DNA of 64,000 nt, from assembly GCF_009914755.1 (NCBI RefSeq), contig NC_060927.1; one strand, written 5' to 3'. Made by a program: the position numbers and the translations under genes. The notes beneath the pieces are model-generated. The model worked only from the letters and a program-made list of their open reading frames with translations, had not been told where the DNA came from and did not search any database. This DNA comes from the human T2T-CHM13v2.0 reference genome, Homo sapiens. Below, piece by piece: positions 1 through 12,429 of this stretch; positions within the stretch are counted from its first letter, which is position 1, and every line of letters begins with the position of its first letter.

Positions 1-204
1 ACATGGTGGCAGACAAGAAAAGAGAACTTGTGCAGGGAAACTCCCCCTTAAATAGTCATCAGATCTTGTGAGACTTATTCACTATCATGAGAACAGCACA
101 GGAAAGACCTGCCCCCATGATTCAATTACCTCCCACTAGGTTCCTCTCACACCACATAGGAATTCAAAATGAGATTTGGGTGGGGACACAGTCAAACCCT
201 ATCA
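1..204 (-). mobile_element. THE1/MST-type MaLR LTR (truncated by window start)
   Basis: Ends GAGATTTGGGTGGGGACACAGTCAAACCCTATCA, the reverse complement of the THE1 LTR start (TGATATGGTTTGGCTGTGTCCCCACCCAAATCTC). Internal ATTCAATTACCTCCCAC motif is typical. Confidence 0.9.
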
Positions 205-919
205 GTCATGCATTTATTTTTTCTTCAGTATCTCTACTCCAGGAACCCTCATTTGGAGGTCCCCTGATGGGGGGAATCTTGAAGACACTTTTCTCCACTG
301 TGACTCTGTACTCAGTACCATTCCAGTCCTAGCTTTCCCCCATCTCCTTCTCTCTGGCCTGGACTAGAACTATTAGTCTTTCTCTTTTGCCCATGACACT
401 ACACCTGAGCTTTCTTAGTGAGTCAGATTAGAATCCCAACAGAGGGCTGTGAACCTTATGAAGAATATGGTCTAACTAAAAATGCTAGTTTAAATGCGGA
501 ATCATAGTCTCTTGAACTTTGTAAAATTGGAGAATTTTATAAATTATTTTTTCATTGCCTATCTTCTATGTAATCATGGGTTCACCACTTATTGCCTATT
601 GAAAATAATTTCATGAAGATCTTTATTCAGAACTTCTTGTTTTATCATGTAGATGTTTAGAATGTTTATATTTTCTTTTGACATTATCTGCTTCTTTTTG
701 ATATTGTTTTTTTCTGTGACTTTAATATAGTTTTCTTTATAGCTTTGCTACTTTGAAGAATTTTCAATCACAATTTTTGGCTTTATGGGATTTCTTCATT
801 GTTAAAAAGAATAAATTTAATATAAAATGTTTATCTAATCTCTTTCCATCTATTAGCCTATTGGGTATGTGTTTTCTTCTCTGGTATAAATCATATAGTT
901 CTTCTTATTTTTTTCCTCT

Positions 920-1860
920 TTTTTATTAAGATTAAATTAACATATGGTAAAATTAACCATTTTAAAGGATACAATTCAGTGGCATTTACTATAATTACAA
1001 TTTTGTACCACTCCCACTCTCCCTAATTCCAAAACAGTTTCATCATCTCAAAAGAAAACCTGTACACACTAAGCAGTTGCTCCTCATATGTGATATGTGT
1101 CTATATTCTTTCACTTAGCACATGGTTTTTAAGATTCATTCATATTGTACCATAATCAGTACTTTAGTCCTTTTTATAGCTGAATAATATTTCATTTTAT
1201 GAACATTCCACAATTTGCTTACCATTAATTCATTGATGGACATGGAAGTTGTTTCTGTATTTTGGCTATTGTAAATAATGCTGCCGTGAACATGTCATTA
1301 TATGTATTTTTCAGTATTTTTTTTCAGTTATTTTGGATATATTCATGGGAGTGGAATTACCGGGTCATATGGTAATTCTAAGCTTAAGTTTTTGAGGAAC
1401 CTCCAAAGTGTTTTCCACAGTGGCTGCAATATTTTACATTCCTACCAGCAACGTCCAAGGTTTCTAATTTCTCTATATCCTGGCAAACATTTATATTTTC
1501 CTTTTATTTTTTATTTATCACAATTCCAGTGGGTGTAAAGAGGTGTCTCATTGTGGTTTTGATTTGCATTTCCCTAATGACTAATTACATTGAGTATCTT
1601 GTCGTGTGTTTGTTGGCTTGCTGGTTCTTCTTGAAGAAATATCTATTCAAGCCTTTGGCCCATTTTTTAATTGCGTCTTTTGTCTTTTTGTTATTGAGCT
1701 GTAAATATTCCTTAAATATTACAGATACTAGACATTTATCATATATATAATCTGAAGATATATGATTTGCAGATATTTCCTCCATTCTGTAAATCTTTTA
1801 ACAATATCCTTTGAAGCACAAGATTTTTAATTTTGATGTAGTCCAACTTATTTGTTCTCC
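920..1860 (-). mobile_element. Old L1M (L1MB-like) 3' UTR and ORF2 C-terminal remnant
   Basis: ACAATTCAGTGGCATTT and CTCATTGTGGTTTTGATTTGCATTTCCCTAATGACT motifs. ORF 1585..1785 (KEYLQLNNKKTKDAIKKWAKGLNRYF) resembles the L1 ORF2 C-terminus. Confidence 0.85.
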
Positions 1861-2689
1861 TCTTTCTTGCTCTATGATGTAATTTTCTTTACCTTCAATT
1901 TAGTTGGTTTCCTGGTACCACATTTTCACATTTTGAAACAATAGTTGTTTCTTTCATTTTTCTTTTTAACCATAGCAACCACATTTTTTTTTGTTTTCCT
2001 AATTAACTTTTTCACCTATGTTCTGTCTGTTCATTGTTTTTTATTTTCATCATCATCCTCTTGTTGATTTTCTAACCAAGGTCCATGTAACTCTTTCATT
2101 TTTAAAAGAATCACCTTACTCATAGTATTTAAATCTGTGTTATTCAGAATAATTCATGATAGGAAACTAGAATCATCACAAGTTTAAAGAAGACTGTGAA
2201 CTTACTTCCTCTTGTTTGTTCTTATTCTCCTCTCATTCATGACTTGAAGTGACGAGTACTAAATAAGGCAGGAAGGGAAGTGAGGAAAAAGGAAGAACAA
2301 AGGTAGTAAATAGCCTACCACTAATAATGTGGCACCCAAAGGACTTTAACCAATATATCCTAAAGCACCGACTTGATAACAATACCTTTGAATCCAAATT
2401 TATTTCAAAAAGTACTTTAGGGCAGCTAATTAGTTTAGAAGGACAGAAGGCAATATGGGTCTATAATGGAATGGAATGGGCTTTTAAGAGCTGGCTTTGA
2501 AACCTGGCTCTGCTCCTTAGGAACAGGGTGTTCTAGCACACTTCTTCTTAACCTATCTGGCCCTTAGTTCTTTTGGCTGTGTTTTCTTTATTTCTTCTTA
2601 GTTCTGGCATTTTCTAAGGACACAACAAAATCCTAAATTGTGAAGCTCTGCATGTGGTACTCACCAAATGTTAATTTCATTTTATTATT

Positions 2690-3984
<1,295 letters not shown>

Positions 3985-5331
3985 TTTTATTATTTTATAA
4001 TTCTTATTGCAAAGGAAAGATCAAGTTATAATGTTATAGTCACAACTTTGTTGTTGTCAGAAATATTTATATTATATTTCTCTAAGATTTGATCATAGAA
4101 CTTTTAAAAACAAAATGTTTACCTCTCTACAAATGACAGGGAAGCATAGGGTAACCTATAAAAACAACATTTAATACATGGAATAACCAAATAAAATTGC
4201 CTAGTCATTTTAAAGCTGTTTACTCTCTTACTTCATCTTCATTTTCTGAGCAAAAATTTAGAACATTTCTCAGCTATAAAACAGAAACAGGAAAGAAAAC
4301 ACTCCTAGATCTCACATTGTGATATAGGAGACAAGGAAAACAAGCACAGAGAGGCAGGAGCTATTCAAATGGGGAAATTAAAGGTGACTGGTGTCATAAA
4401 ATATTAAAACATGGTTTAATCAGCAGTGAGGTATGTGAGTGAGCTTAATTAGAAATACATATTATTATTTGACTTTAAAGTACAAAATTAAAAATTAAAG
4501 GAATCTTACAGGATACGTAATCAGTGAGGAATAGTATGTTGGAAAATGAGTCTGATGTTAAATTTGTGTGCGCAATTAAAATTAATTAATTTTAGTTAGC
4601 ATCCATGCATACAAATATGAAATCAACAAATTTTAAATATTAAACTCATAATTATAGTGACACTGGTATGTTGATACCAAGAAATGAGAGACTGCTCTAT
4701 GGCATGTAGTCACCCTTTGCTGTAATGCACTGCTTTTGATCAAATCAGGGAGGCATCCTGTCTACAGGACAATTGTGATTATATAAAATGTGTCCACTTT
4801 TAAACTGATTTAAATTAAAATTCATAGTGATGTTTTGCCTGTGTCAAATTTTCTTTCTTATCACATTCTAAATGTAAAAGGGACTTAATTTTAATTAACA
4901 CATCATTACAGGTAGTCTAATATTAATGTTCACTAAGCCCTTTATAAGATTCATTAACAGCCATTTTGTGATGTAAGGACCCAGGAGACAGACAGAAAGT
5001 TGGGAGGCTATTTTTAGTCATTTCACTATTGATTTTACAAAATACTGAAAACTGAAGCACAATCCTTTAGCATTCCATAGTTAGGAAGGAGTGAAGTCAT
5101 CCTAATACGTAAGGAAAGAGAGGAAAAGAGAGGGATAAGGGATACATATCTCTCTCTCTATGCATGTGTTTGTGTGTTTGTAGACATACAGATGTACAGA
5201 TGCATAAAGAGAAAGCATTTTCTGATGCAGGATTAATATTGGTAGACTTCAAAGAAATTGTCAAACAGGGCAAGAACCAGCGTATGAACAAAACTATTGG
5301 AATGAATTTGAACCTATTATTTAAAATTGAC

Positions 5332-5643
5332 GGCCAGGCGCAGTGGCTCACACCTGTACTCCCAGCACTTTGGTAGGCCCAGGCTAGTGGATCACGAGGT
5401 CAGGAGATGGAGACCATTCTGGCTAACGCGGTGAAACCCCATCTTTACTGAAAATACAAAAAAAAATTAGTGGGGCGTGGTGGCGGGCGCCTGTAGTCCC
5501 AGCTTCTCGGGAGGCTGAGGCAAGGGAATGGCGTGAACCCAGGAGGCGGAGCTTGCAGTCTGCCGAGATCGCGCCACTGCACTCCCCTGGGCGACAGAGT
5601 GAGATTCCGTCTCAAATAAAATAAAATAAAAATAAAAATAAAG
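5332..5643 (+). mobile_element. AluY, full length
   Basis: GGCCAGGCGCAGTGGCTCAC start, AluY-type AATGGCGTGAACCC and GAGCTTGCAG, (AAAAT)n tail, degenerate TSD AAA(A/G)TTGAC. Confidence 0.95.
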
Positions 5644-6854
5644 TTGACCACAGATCCGTAGATTACACAAAAGATGATGAATCAATATCCTTGAACATTA
5701 AAACAGGTGACTGCTATTATATCTTATTAACCTTTCCCCAGCCAATACCAGCTTATAAAGACAATCTGAAATTTCTAGGCCATTCATCTATACTTTCTGC
5801 TGTGCTACCGTCTACTTCCACCATCCACTATACCTTTGATTCTGACATGTTCTATTTGTTGCTAGACTGCATCTTCTTGGCCTTCATTAAGCTAATTTTC
5901 GTCTCTGGTCCAGTGGTGAAATGGTGCTTACAGCTCATGCCCCACTCGCATAATGCCCCATGGATTATTTCAGGACTGGACAGCCATATTTGAAGGCAGA
6001 TGCCTTTCTCAAAAGGTGAACTTATGTCACATTTTGTCAACCTCAGCAACATCTTCCTTCACTGCAGCCTCTCAGAAAGATACTGGAATGTGGAGTCAAA
6101 CAAGATAGAAGAGGGGAAAACAGCAAGGGGAAGGTTCTCAAGGGAAGACAGTAAGATTCATGTGGTCTTTCGAACTCCAGTGTATTTTCTGGTCATCAGG
6201 AATAGATTGATGGAGACCAAGGGGGTGTGAACTGAATTTCACACAGATTGGACATCAGCTTCCATGGAGACATTTAGGATCTGGCTCTGTGTCCATTGAC
6301 CTTTTGACTTATGAGCTAGGTTTCAACACCAAATACAAAAAAAAAAAAAAAAAAAAAAAGGTGGGGGAAAATGATTGTCTGTCTATTCTACTCTATTCCA
6401 TAACCTACATGTACTATTCTCTTAGACCATCATACTTACCCTGCTCAAAAAGCAAGCAGTTTGGGTTTAAAAATATGTTTATTTCTTTAAAACAGTAGTA
6501 CTATTGGACTTGGTCTTGCTGCATATTTTTTAGCAGTTACCTGTGGCTCAGACGCGCTCCATTCAGGCCCTTTACATCTTGGACTTGACTTTTCCTCATG
6601 GATTTGGAAGGCTGTTTTAGCTTCAAAATCTGCCTTTCCTTCAAGTAAAGAATTTCTATTCAGAAACTTTGAGTTTCCATAACTCACCTTCAATTATCTA
6701 GTGTGGAAAATAATTTGAATCTCATGGCATGGGTATGAGGGATTATGAGGGGTAGAAATGAAGTGTTTCCGTGGGAGACATGGCTGACTAAAATAAACAC
6801 AGAGAGAATGTCTTCTTGGAACTTCACTTCTCTGTGCCATAGTAATAGTCAGGA

Positions 6855-6858
<4 letters not shown>

Positions 6859-6932
<74 letters not shown>
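6859..6932. repeat. (CT)14C directly joined to (GA)22G; perfect 58-bp palindrome 6859-6916
   Basis: Read directly; centre is CTC|GAG at 6887/6888. Confidence 0.97.
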
Positions 6933-6936
<4 letters not shown>

Positions 6937-7544
6937 TTCCAGCCAACACAAAAAGGAATCTACAAAAACTTCTAGAACTATCAGTGAATTCATTAAGTTC
7001 ACAGGATACAAGACCAATAAAAAAAACTCAATTCTGTTTCTATAAGCTAGCAATAAACATCTGAAAACTGAAATTTAAAATATGATACTATTTACAACAG
7101 GTCCAAAAAAGTGATCCTCCTAGATATAAATCTAAGCAAATGTACAGAATTTCTGTGATGAAAACTACAAAATGCTGATTAAAAAAATAAAGATCTAAAT
7201 AAAGGGAGACACATGCTGTGTTCAGGGATTGGAAAACTTAACATAGTAAAATATGTCAATTTTTCCCCCCTCGACATACAAATTTGACACAATTGCTATA
7301 AAATCTCAATATTATTTCATTTGACATAGAGGCAAGATTATTTTAAAATTTAAAAAAATTGGCAAGGAAGTAAAATAGCAAAAGTTCAAAAAAAGAATAA
7401 AATAGGAGAAAAAAATGCTACCTGATTTCAACATTATTATAGGACTACAGTAATCAAGATTTCATGATTGAAGGGATAGACAACATGGTCAATGGAAAAT
7501 GATAGGATATCTAAAAATAGCTTTATGCAAGTATGGATAACTCA

Positions 7545-7975
7545 TTTTTTAACAGCTTCATTGAGATATAGTGCAATACTTAACAATTCGCCCTTTAAAA
7601 TAGACAGCACAATTGGTTTTAGAATATTCACAGATATGTGCAACCAGCATCACAATCAGTTTCATAACATTTTAATCACCTCACAAAGAAACTTCATAGC
7701 CTTTAATTATACCCTCCATTCCCAGTTCTCTGTCTCTCTCTCTTACCCCTTACCCCTAAGCAACCAATAATCTATTTTCTGTCTCTGTAGATTTGCCTAT
7801 TCTGGGCACTTCACATAAATGGAATGGGATCTTTTGTGACTGGCATCTTTTACTTAGCATAATGTCGTCAAGTTTCATTCGCCATGCACCAAGTATCAAC
7901 ATTTCATTTTTTATGATCAAATAGTATTTTATTGTATATATATGCCACATTTTGTGTATGTATTCACCAGTACAT
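7545..7975 (-). mobile_element. L1M (L1MB-like) 3' UTR fragment nested antisense in the older L1
   Basis: TTTTTAACAGCTTCATTGAGATATA start and GATTTGCCTATTCTGGGCACTTCACATAAATGGAAT. ORF 7756..7950 (MWHIYTIKYY) matches the L1 ORF2 end. Confidence 0.85.
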
Positions 7976-8063
7976 TACAACTGGGCTGCATAGCTAACTG
8001 ATTTTTTACTTCAATGCTGAATTCAACATTGGACAGATAGTCTCTTCAACAAACGATGTTGAA

Positions 8064-8424
8064 GCTTTTAGTCTGTTTGGGCTATTATAACCTATTATAA
8101 CAAAATACCTCAGACGAGGTAATTTATAAACAATAGAACTTTATTGGTCACAGTTCTGGAGGCTGGGGAGTCCAAGATCAGGGCAAGCAGATTCAGTGTC
8201 TGGTGAGGACCTCTTCTTTACATTTGGTGCCTTCTACTTCCTCACATGGCAGAAGGGCAAACAAGCTTCTTTGGACCTCTTTTATAAGGACATTAATTTA
8301 TGATAGCAGAGCCCTCATAACCTAATTACCTCCCAAAGGCCATATCTTCTTATACTATTACCTTGGTGATTAGGTTTCAACATATAAATTTGGGAGAGAT
8401 GGCACAAATATTCAGATCATAGCA
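8064..8424 (-). mobile_element. MaLR LTR (MLT1A/MST-like), solo
   Basis: TTAGTCTGTTTGGGCT...CACAGTTCTGGAGGCTGGGGAGTCCAAGATCA...GGTTTCAACATATAAATTTGGG...CAGATCATAGCA. Confidence 0.88.
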
Positions 8425-9040
8425 GACATAGCCAAAATGATGAACTTCATTTTAAACCTCACAATGGATAAAAATTAACTCAAACAGATTAACTCATCGA
8501 TTTAAATATTAAACATAACACTATGAAACTTTTAGAAGAAAACACAGAAGAAAAATCCTCAGGACATAAGGCTTGCTGAAACATTTTTAGACATGACATT
8601 AACAGCATGATCTATAAAATAAAAACTTGGGAAATTGGACTTCCTCAAAATTAAATATTTTTCTTTGCAAAGGACCCTTTAGGATAATAAAGATAAGAGA
8701 CAGAATAGGAGAAAATATTTGTAAACTAGGACTCACCTACAATATATATAAATTAGCCTTCTCAAAAGTTACCATTAAGAAGCAATCTAATTAGATTATG
8801 AGCAAAAGACAGGGACATTTCACTGAATAAGATATAGAGTTGACAAATAAGCATATGAAAAGATGTTTAATTTCACTAGCCAATTTCTAGTTTAGACAAT
8901 TGTTTTCTACAGTCTTTAAAGGTAAGAAAAACTAGACATAAGCTTAAAATTAAGCATACATGAACAATCAAATTTACCAAAAGTATTTCTGAAACCATTG
9001 ACGTTATTTCTTTTTTTCTGACTATTTAAGAAAGCATGCT

Positions 9041-9232
9041 GGCCAGGTGTGATGGCTCTTGTCTGTAATCCCAGCAGTTTGGGAGGCGGAGACAGGTCGA
9101 TCACTTGAGCCCAGTAGTCAGAGGCCAGGCTAGACAACATGGTGAAACCCCATCTCTACAAAAAATACAAAAATTAGGGGAAGAGGTGGGCAGATAGGAA
9201 GTTGAAGCTTCAGTGAGCCATGATCAGCCACA
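9041..9232 (+). mobile_element. AluJ-like element: intact left arm, largely deleted right arm
   Basis: GGCCAGGTGTGATGGCTC, J-type CACTTGAGCCCAG, linker CTACAAAAAATACAAAAATTAG, then only GTTGAAGCTTCAGTGAGCCATGATC of the right arm. Confidence 0.85.
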
Positions 9233-9337
9233 GAAAGAAAGAAGGAAAAAAAGAAAGAGGGAAAGAAAGAAAGAAGAAAGAGAGAGAGACAGAGAGGGAG
9301 GGAGGGAGGAAGGAAGGAGAAAAAGAAAGAAAGAAAG

Positions 9338-9400
<63 letters not shown>

Positions 9401-9412
9401 GAAAGAAAGGAA
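9232..9412 (+). repeat. ~180-bp polypurine tract containing (GAAA)15 (9339-9398)
   Basis: Read directly; a single C (9290) interrupts the purine run. Confidence 0.95.
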
Positions 9413-10740
9413 TCATTTTACAATTGATTTTTATAGGTCTAGGGGCTGCCAGAGCAGTTTTAAAACACGGGTATATTGTGTAGTGGTGAAGCCTTGGCTT
9501 TTAGTATACCCATTACCCAGATAAACAGATAATTTTTCATTTTTCACTATATGGATTTTTCTATGGAGAAGACATTTAAAAGCAAAATTTCATGGTGAAC
9601 ACGATTTGGTATAAACTAGTTCCAGTGGTCCCTGAACCTATGCTTCTGTAGTGTGTTTCCTACCTAGTTGTCCTAATTCATTTCTTCAAATGCTTTAGGA
9701 AATGTTAATTAACAAACCTAAAATTCCTTAGAGTAATACGACATTTAGGTAGGAGGATTAGCTTCTCCCTGGAAGTTTCGTAAGGCCTCTAGAGCTGTTT
9801 TTTTTGTTTGTTTCTTTATTTGTTTTGTTTGTTGTTTTTCCAAACATTTCTATCTTGAAGTAAATATTTGAATGGCCAGTATCAACTCTTTTACTCTGAG
9901 GTCAGGATCAAGAACCATCCAAGTCACTGTCATTAGGGTTTACTTGCAGCAACTATGACTAAGATTACCAAAATTCAGCAATGTTTCTATACTTCCAGCG
10001 AGTGACCTTCTTTACTTTTGTGAAGATGAAATATCATAAATCAGGTCCCAACATACTTTCCTGAATGGACTTGGTCAGTATTGTTTCCAACATATAAAGT
10101 GCAGTTATTTGGATAAAATTTACCTTAAAATTTTTCATGTTTGACAAGATCATGGTTACCAGTAAGATTGCTAACTTAGATACAAAATGAAATAAGTTAT
10201 GTCCTACATAAATTATGTACAATTAAAAAGCGTAACTTTTGGGGTTATCTTTTCTACCAGACAGAAAAAAAAATCATGATTATTATTGTTTTGTTTTGTT
10301 TTCCTTTTTGATTTTACAAATTAACATCTAAATTTACAGGCTTCTAAAACATCTGGGCTCAAATCAGTTGTTCCTAGTGAATGAGCAAACTTACATTCTT
10401 AAGAGGCTTACAATCTTTGTTGGGCTTATTGGAAGCTCTGGCACAATATTAAATAGTCACATAATTATCATTTTGCCTAACTTGCAGTTTACCTTGAGCA
10501 CAGTCTCTAAACAGCATAAGTTTTCATGTTTTTAAAATTTATGTAACTCACACCTCCCATATATATCCTTGTGTCTTGTTCTTCTGCTCAATGTTGTGTT
10601 TGTATCATCTGCATTGTTGCTTAAACTTCAATATTTTTATTTCACTTGATTGCTGTATTGTATTCCATTGTACAGATATATTTCTCATTGTACTGATGAA
10701 CAAGTTTAGAGTCTTTTCAATGTAAATTTTTATATACATA

Positions 10741-10900
10741 TGTATTAGTTACCTATTACTGCACAATAAATTACCACTTGTGCCACATTGTATTGGTTTA
10801 GAAACAAGCAACAAGGCCAGTGTTCACTCAAAGGGAGGGGATGACACAAGCACATGAATAACAAGAGGTTGGTCTTTCTAGAGGCTCCCTAGAACCACAC
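10741..10900 (-). mobile_element. Short MLT1-type LTR remnant, internally deleted
   Basis: TGTATTAGTTACCTATTACTGCACAATAAATTACCAC joined to CACATTGTATTGGTTTAGAAACAAG...AAGGGAGGGGATGACACAAG, resembling the two MLT1 ends. Confidence 0.55.
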
Positions 10901-11183
10901 GTAATACCCATGTTTTAAATAAATGGAATCTCATTTTTCAAATTGTCTCTGCAAGACTTAAGCCTGAATAATAGTTCTGCAGTGGGAACTTTGCTTAGCA
11001 CTGAAGTCAATTTCTAATCCTCTTAAATATACTCCAAGTATTAGTACCCTCCTTTTACAATTTTAGGAAGTGTAGCTCAGCGGGGTTAAGTGATTTGCCT
11101 ATGGAAATTCTACTGTGTGGGAGAACACATACTGCATGCTTCAAAACTAAGCTATCAGCATGCTGTTGAAATATAATCATGGT

Positions 11184-11354
11184 AAGCACTGATGATAATA
11201 GAAAATAAATATTGCTGTTGCCCATCTTAAATTATGATGGTCACCCCCTATCTCGGCCAAACATAAGATAAAAAAGCATTGATGATAATAGAAAATAAAT
11301 ATTGCTGTTGCCCATCTTAATTCACCCCCTATCTCTGCCAAACATAAGATAAAA
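11184..11354. repeat. Tandem duplication, 90-bp and 81-bp copies
   Basis: AAGCA(C/T)TGATGATAATAGAAAATAAATATTGCTGTTGCCCATCTTAA...TCACCCCCTATCTC(G/T)GCCAAACATAAGATAAAA occurs twice. Confidence 0.95.
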
Positions 11355-12429
11355 TCAAATGACTTTTCCCTAGACTTCACAGTAGATGTGTTCACAAGGG
11401 TAAAAAGTGTCAGTGTAGCTGCAATTCACATTGCCATACATGAGTAATTCTATGACCTTTCGATTCTTTGAACTATCTGCCTAGAACCTATACTTCAATA
11501 ATATGTAGGTATTACTAGCCAATATTATGGTAATGATATTATTTACTACAAAAAATAATGCTGCTAGTTTTGAGTAGCATTTGACCAATCTAAGTGCAGA
11601 CAGTGCTGGCAATTAATTTCATCAAACATTTGGACAGAAAAGTAAACTGTTTATCGTTGTATTTTTAAAGTTAGAATAGAGGTAAAATCTCCTTTTTACC
11701 TTTGTTTTTGTTTTCTGTTTTAAGTTGTAGATGCTCTTCTTACATAGGTATTCTTTGAAAGATGGCATGGGAGAATCTGGAATTGACAACCATTTCCAGC
11801 ATTACCCACCATATTTTATGCCTAATGGAAGGCCATAAAAGACTGGATATAGATTTGATAATGTATAAATATATATACTGTAGAATGTTTTTCCAGCTCT
11901 CGGCATCTCTTCCTTGAGCATTTTTAATAACCTCCTAGCTGTATTCTTTGTATTCTTATTCCTCCAATTATTTACTCATTCAATGAATATTTATTATCCT
12001 CCAAGGTGCTTGCTTCCAAACACCTTTTTAAAATGCATATCTGATCATGTCACTTCTCTGCATGATTCTTTATCATCTTCAGGATGTAGTCCAGAGAGTA
12101 TAACAGAAGGCTTTAGACCTACCTGTCCACCCCATCTGCTATTGTAAACATACAATGGTTGGGGCATATCGAACAACTTGTCTACCTCAACCACTTTATT
12201 TTTCTATGTTTTTTTATTGTCATACACTTTGTTTTTTACCTTGTAAACACTTTTTTTTTGTATTTTAAAGCTCAGATTAAAACCTTACTTCTTTTCTTTC
12301 CTTTCCTGCTTGTTCACATAAGATTTTGTATGTAATTCTATTCAGAATTTATAATTGTTCAATTTTTATAGATGTTTTAATAAAGAAATACTCATGAGCA
12401 GATTACTACCCAAAAGATTTAAATAGCAA

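Larger units (their letters stand above)
6945..8885 (+). mobile_element. Old L1M ORF2 fragment, interrupted by two later insertions (7545-7990, 8064-8424)
   Basis: L1 ORF2-like AAAACTTCTAGAACTATCAGTGAATTC, CTACCTGATTTCAAC, GTCTCTTCAACAAACGATG and AAAATTAACTCAAA occur in collinear order across the interruptions. Confidence 0.8.

Noticed and set aside
6694-7053. 119-aa ORF with SLSLSL...RERERE
   Set aside because: Translation of the CT/GA palindrome plus antisense L1.
9210-9524. K/E/R-rich and F/L/S-rich ORFs
   Set aside because: Artefacts of the stop-free GAAA tract.
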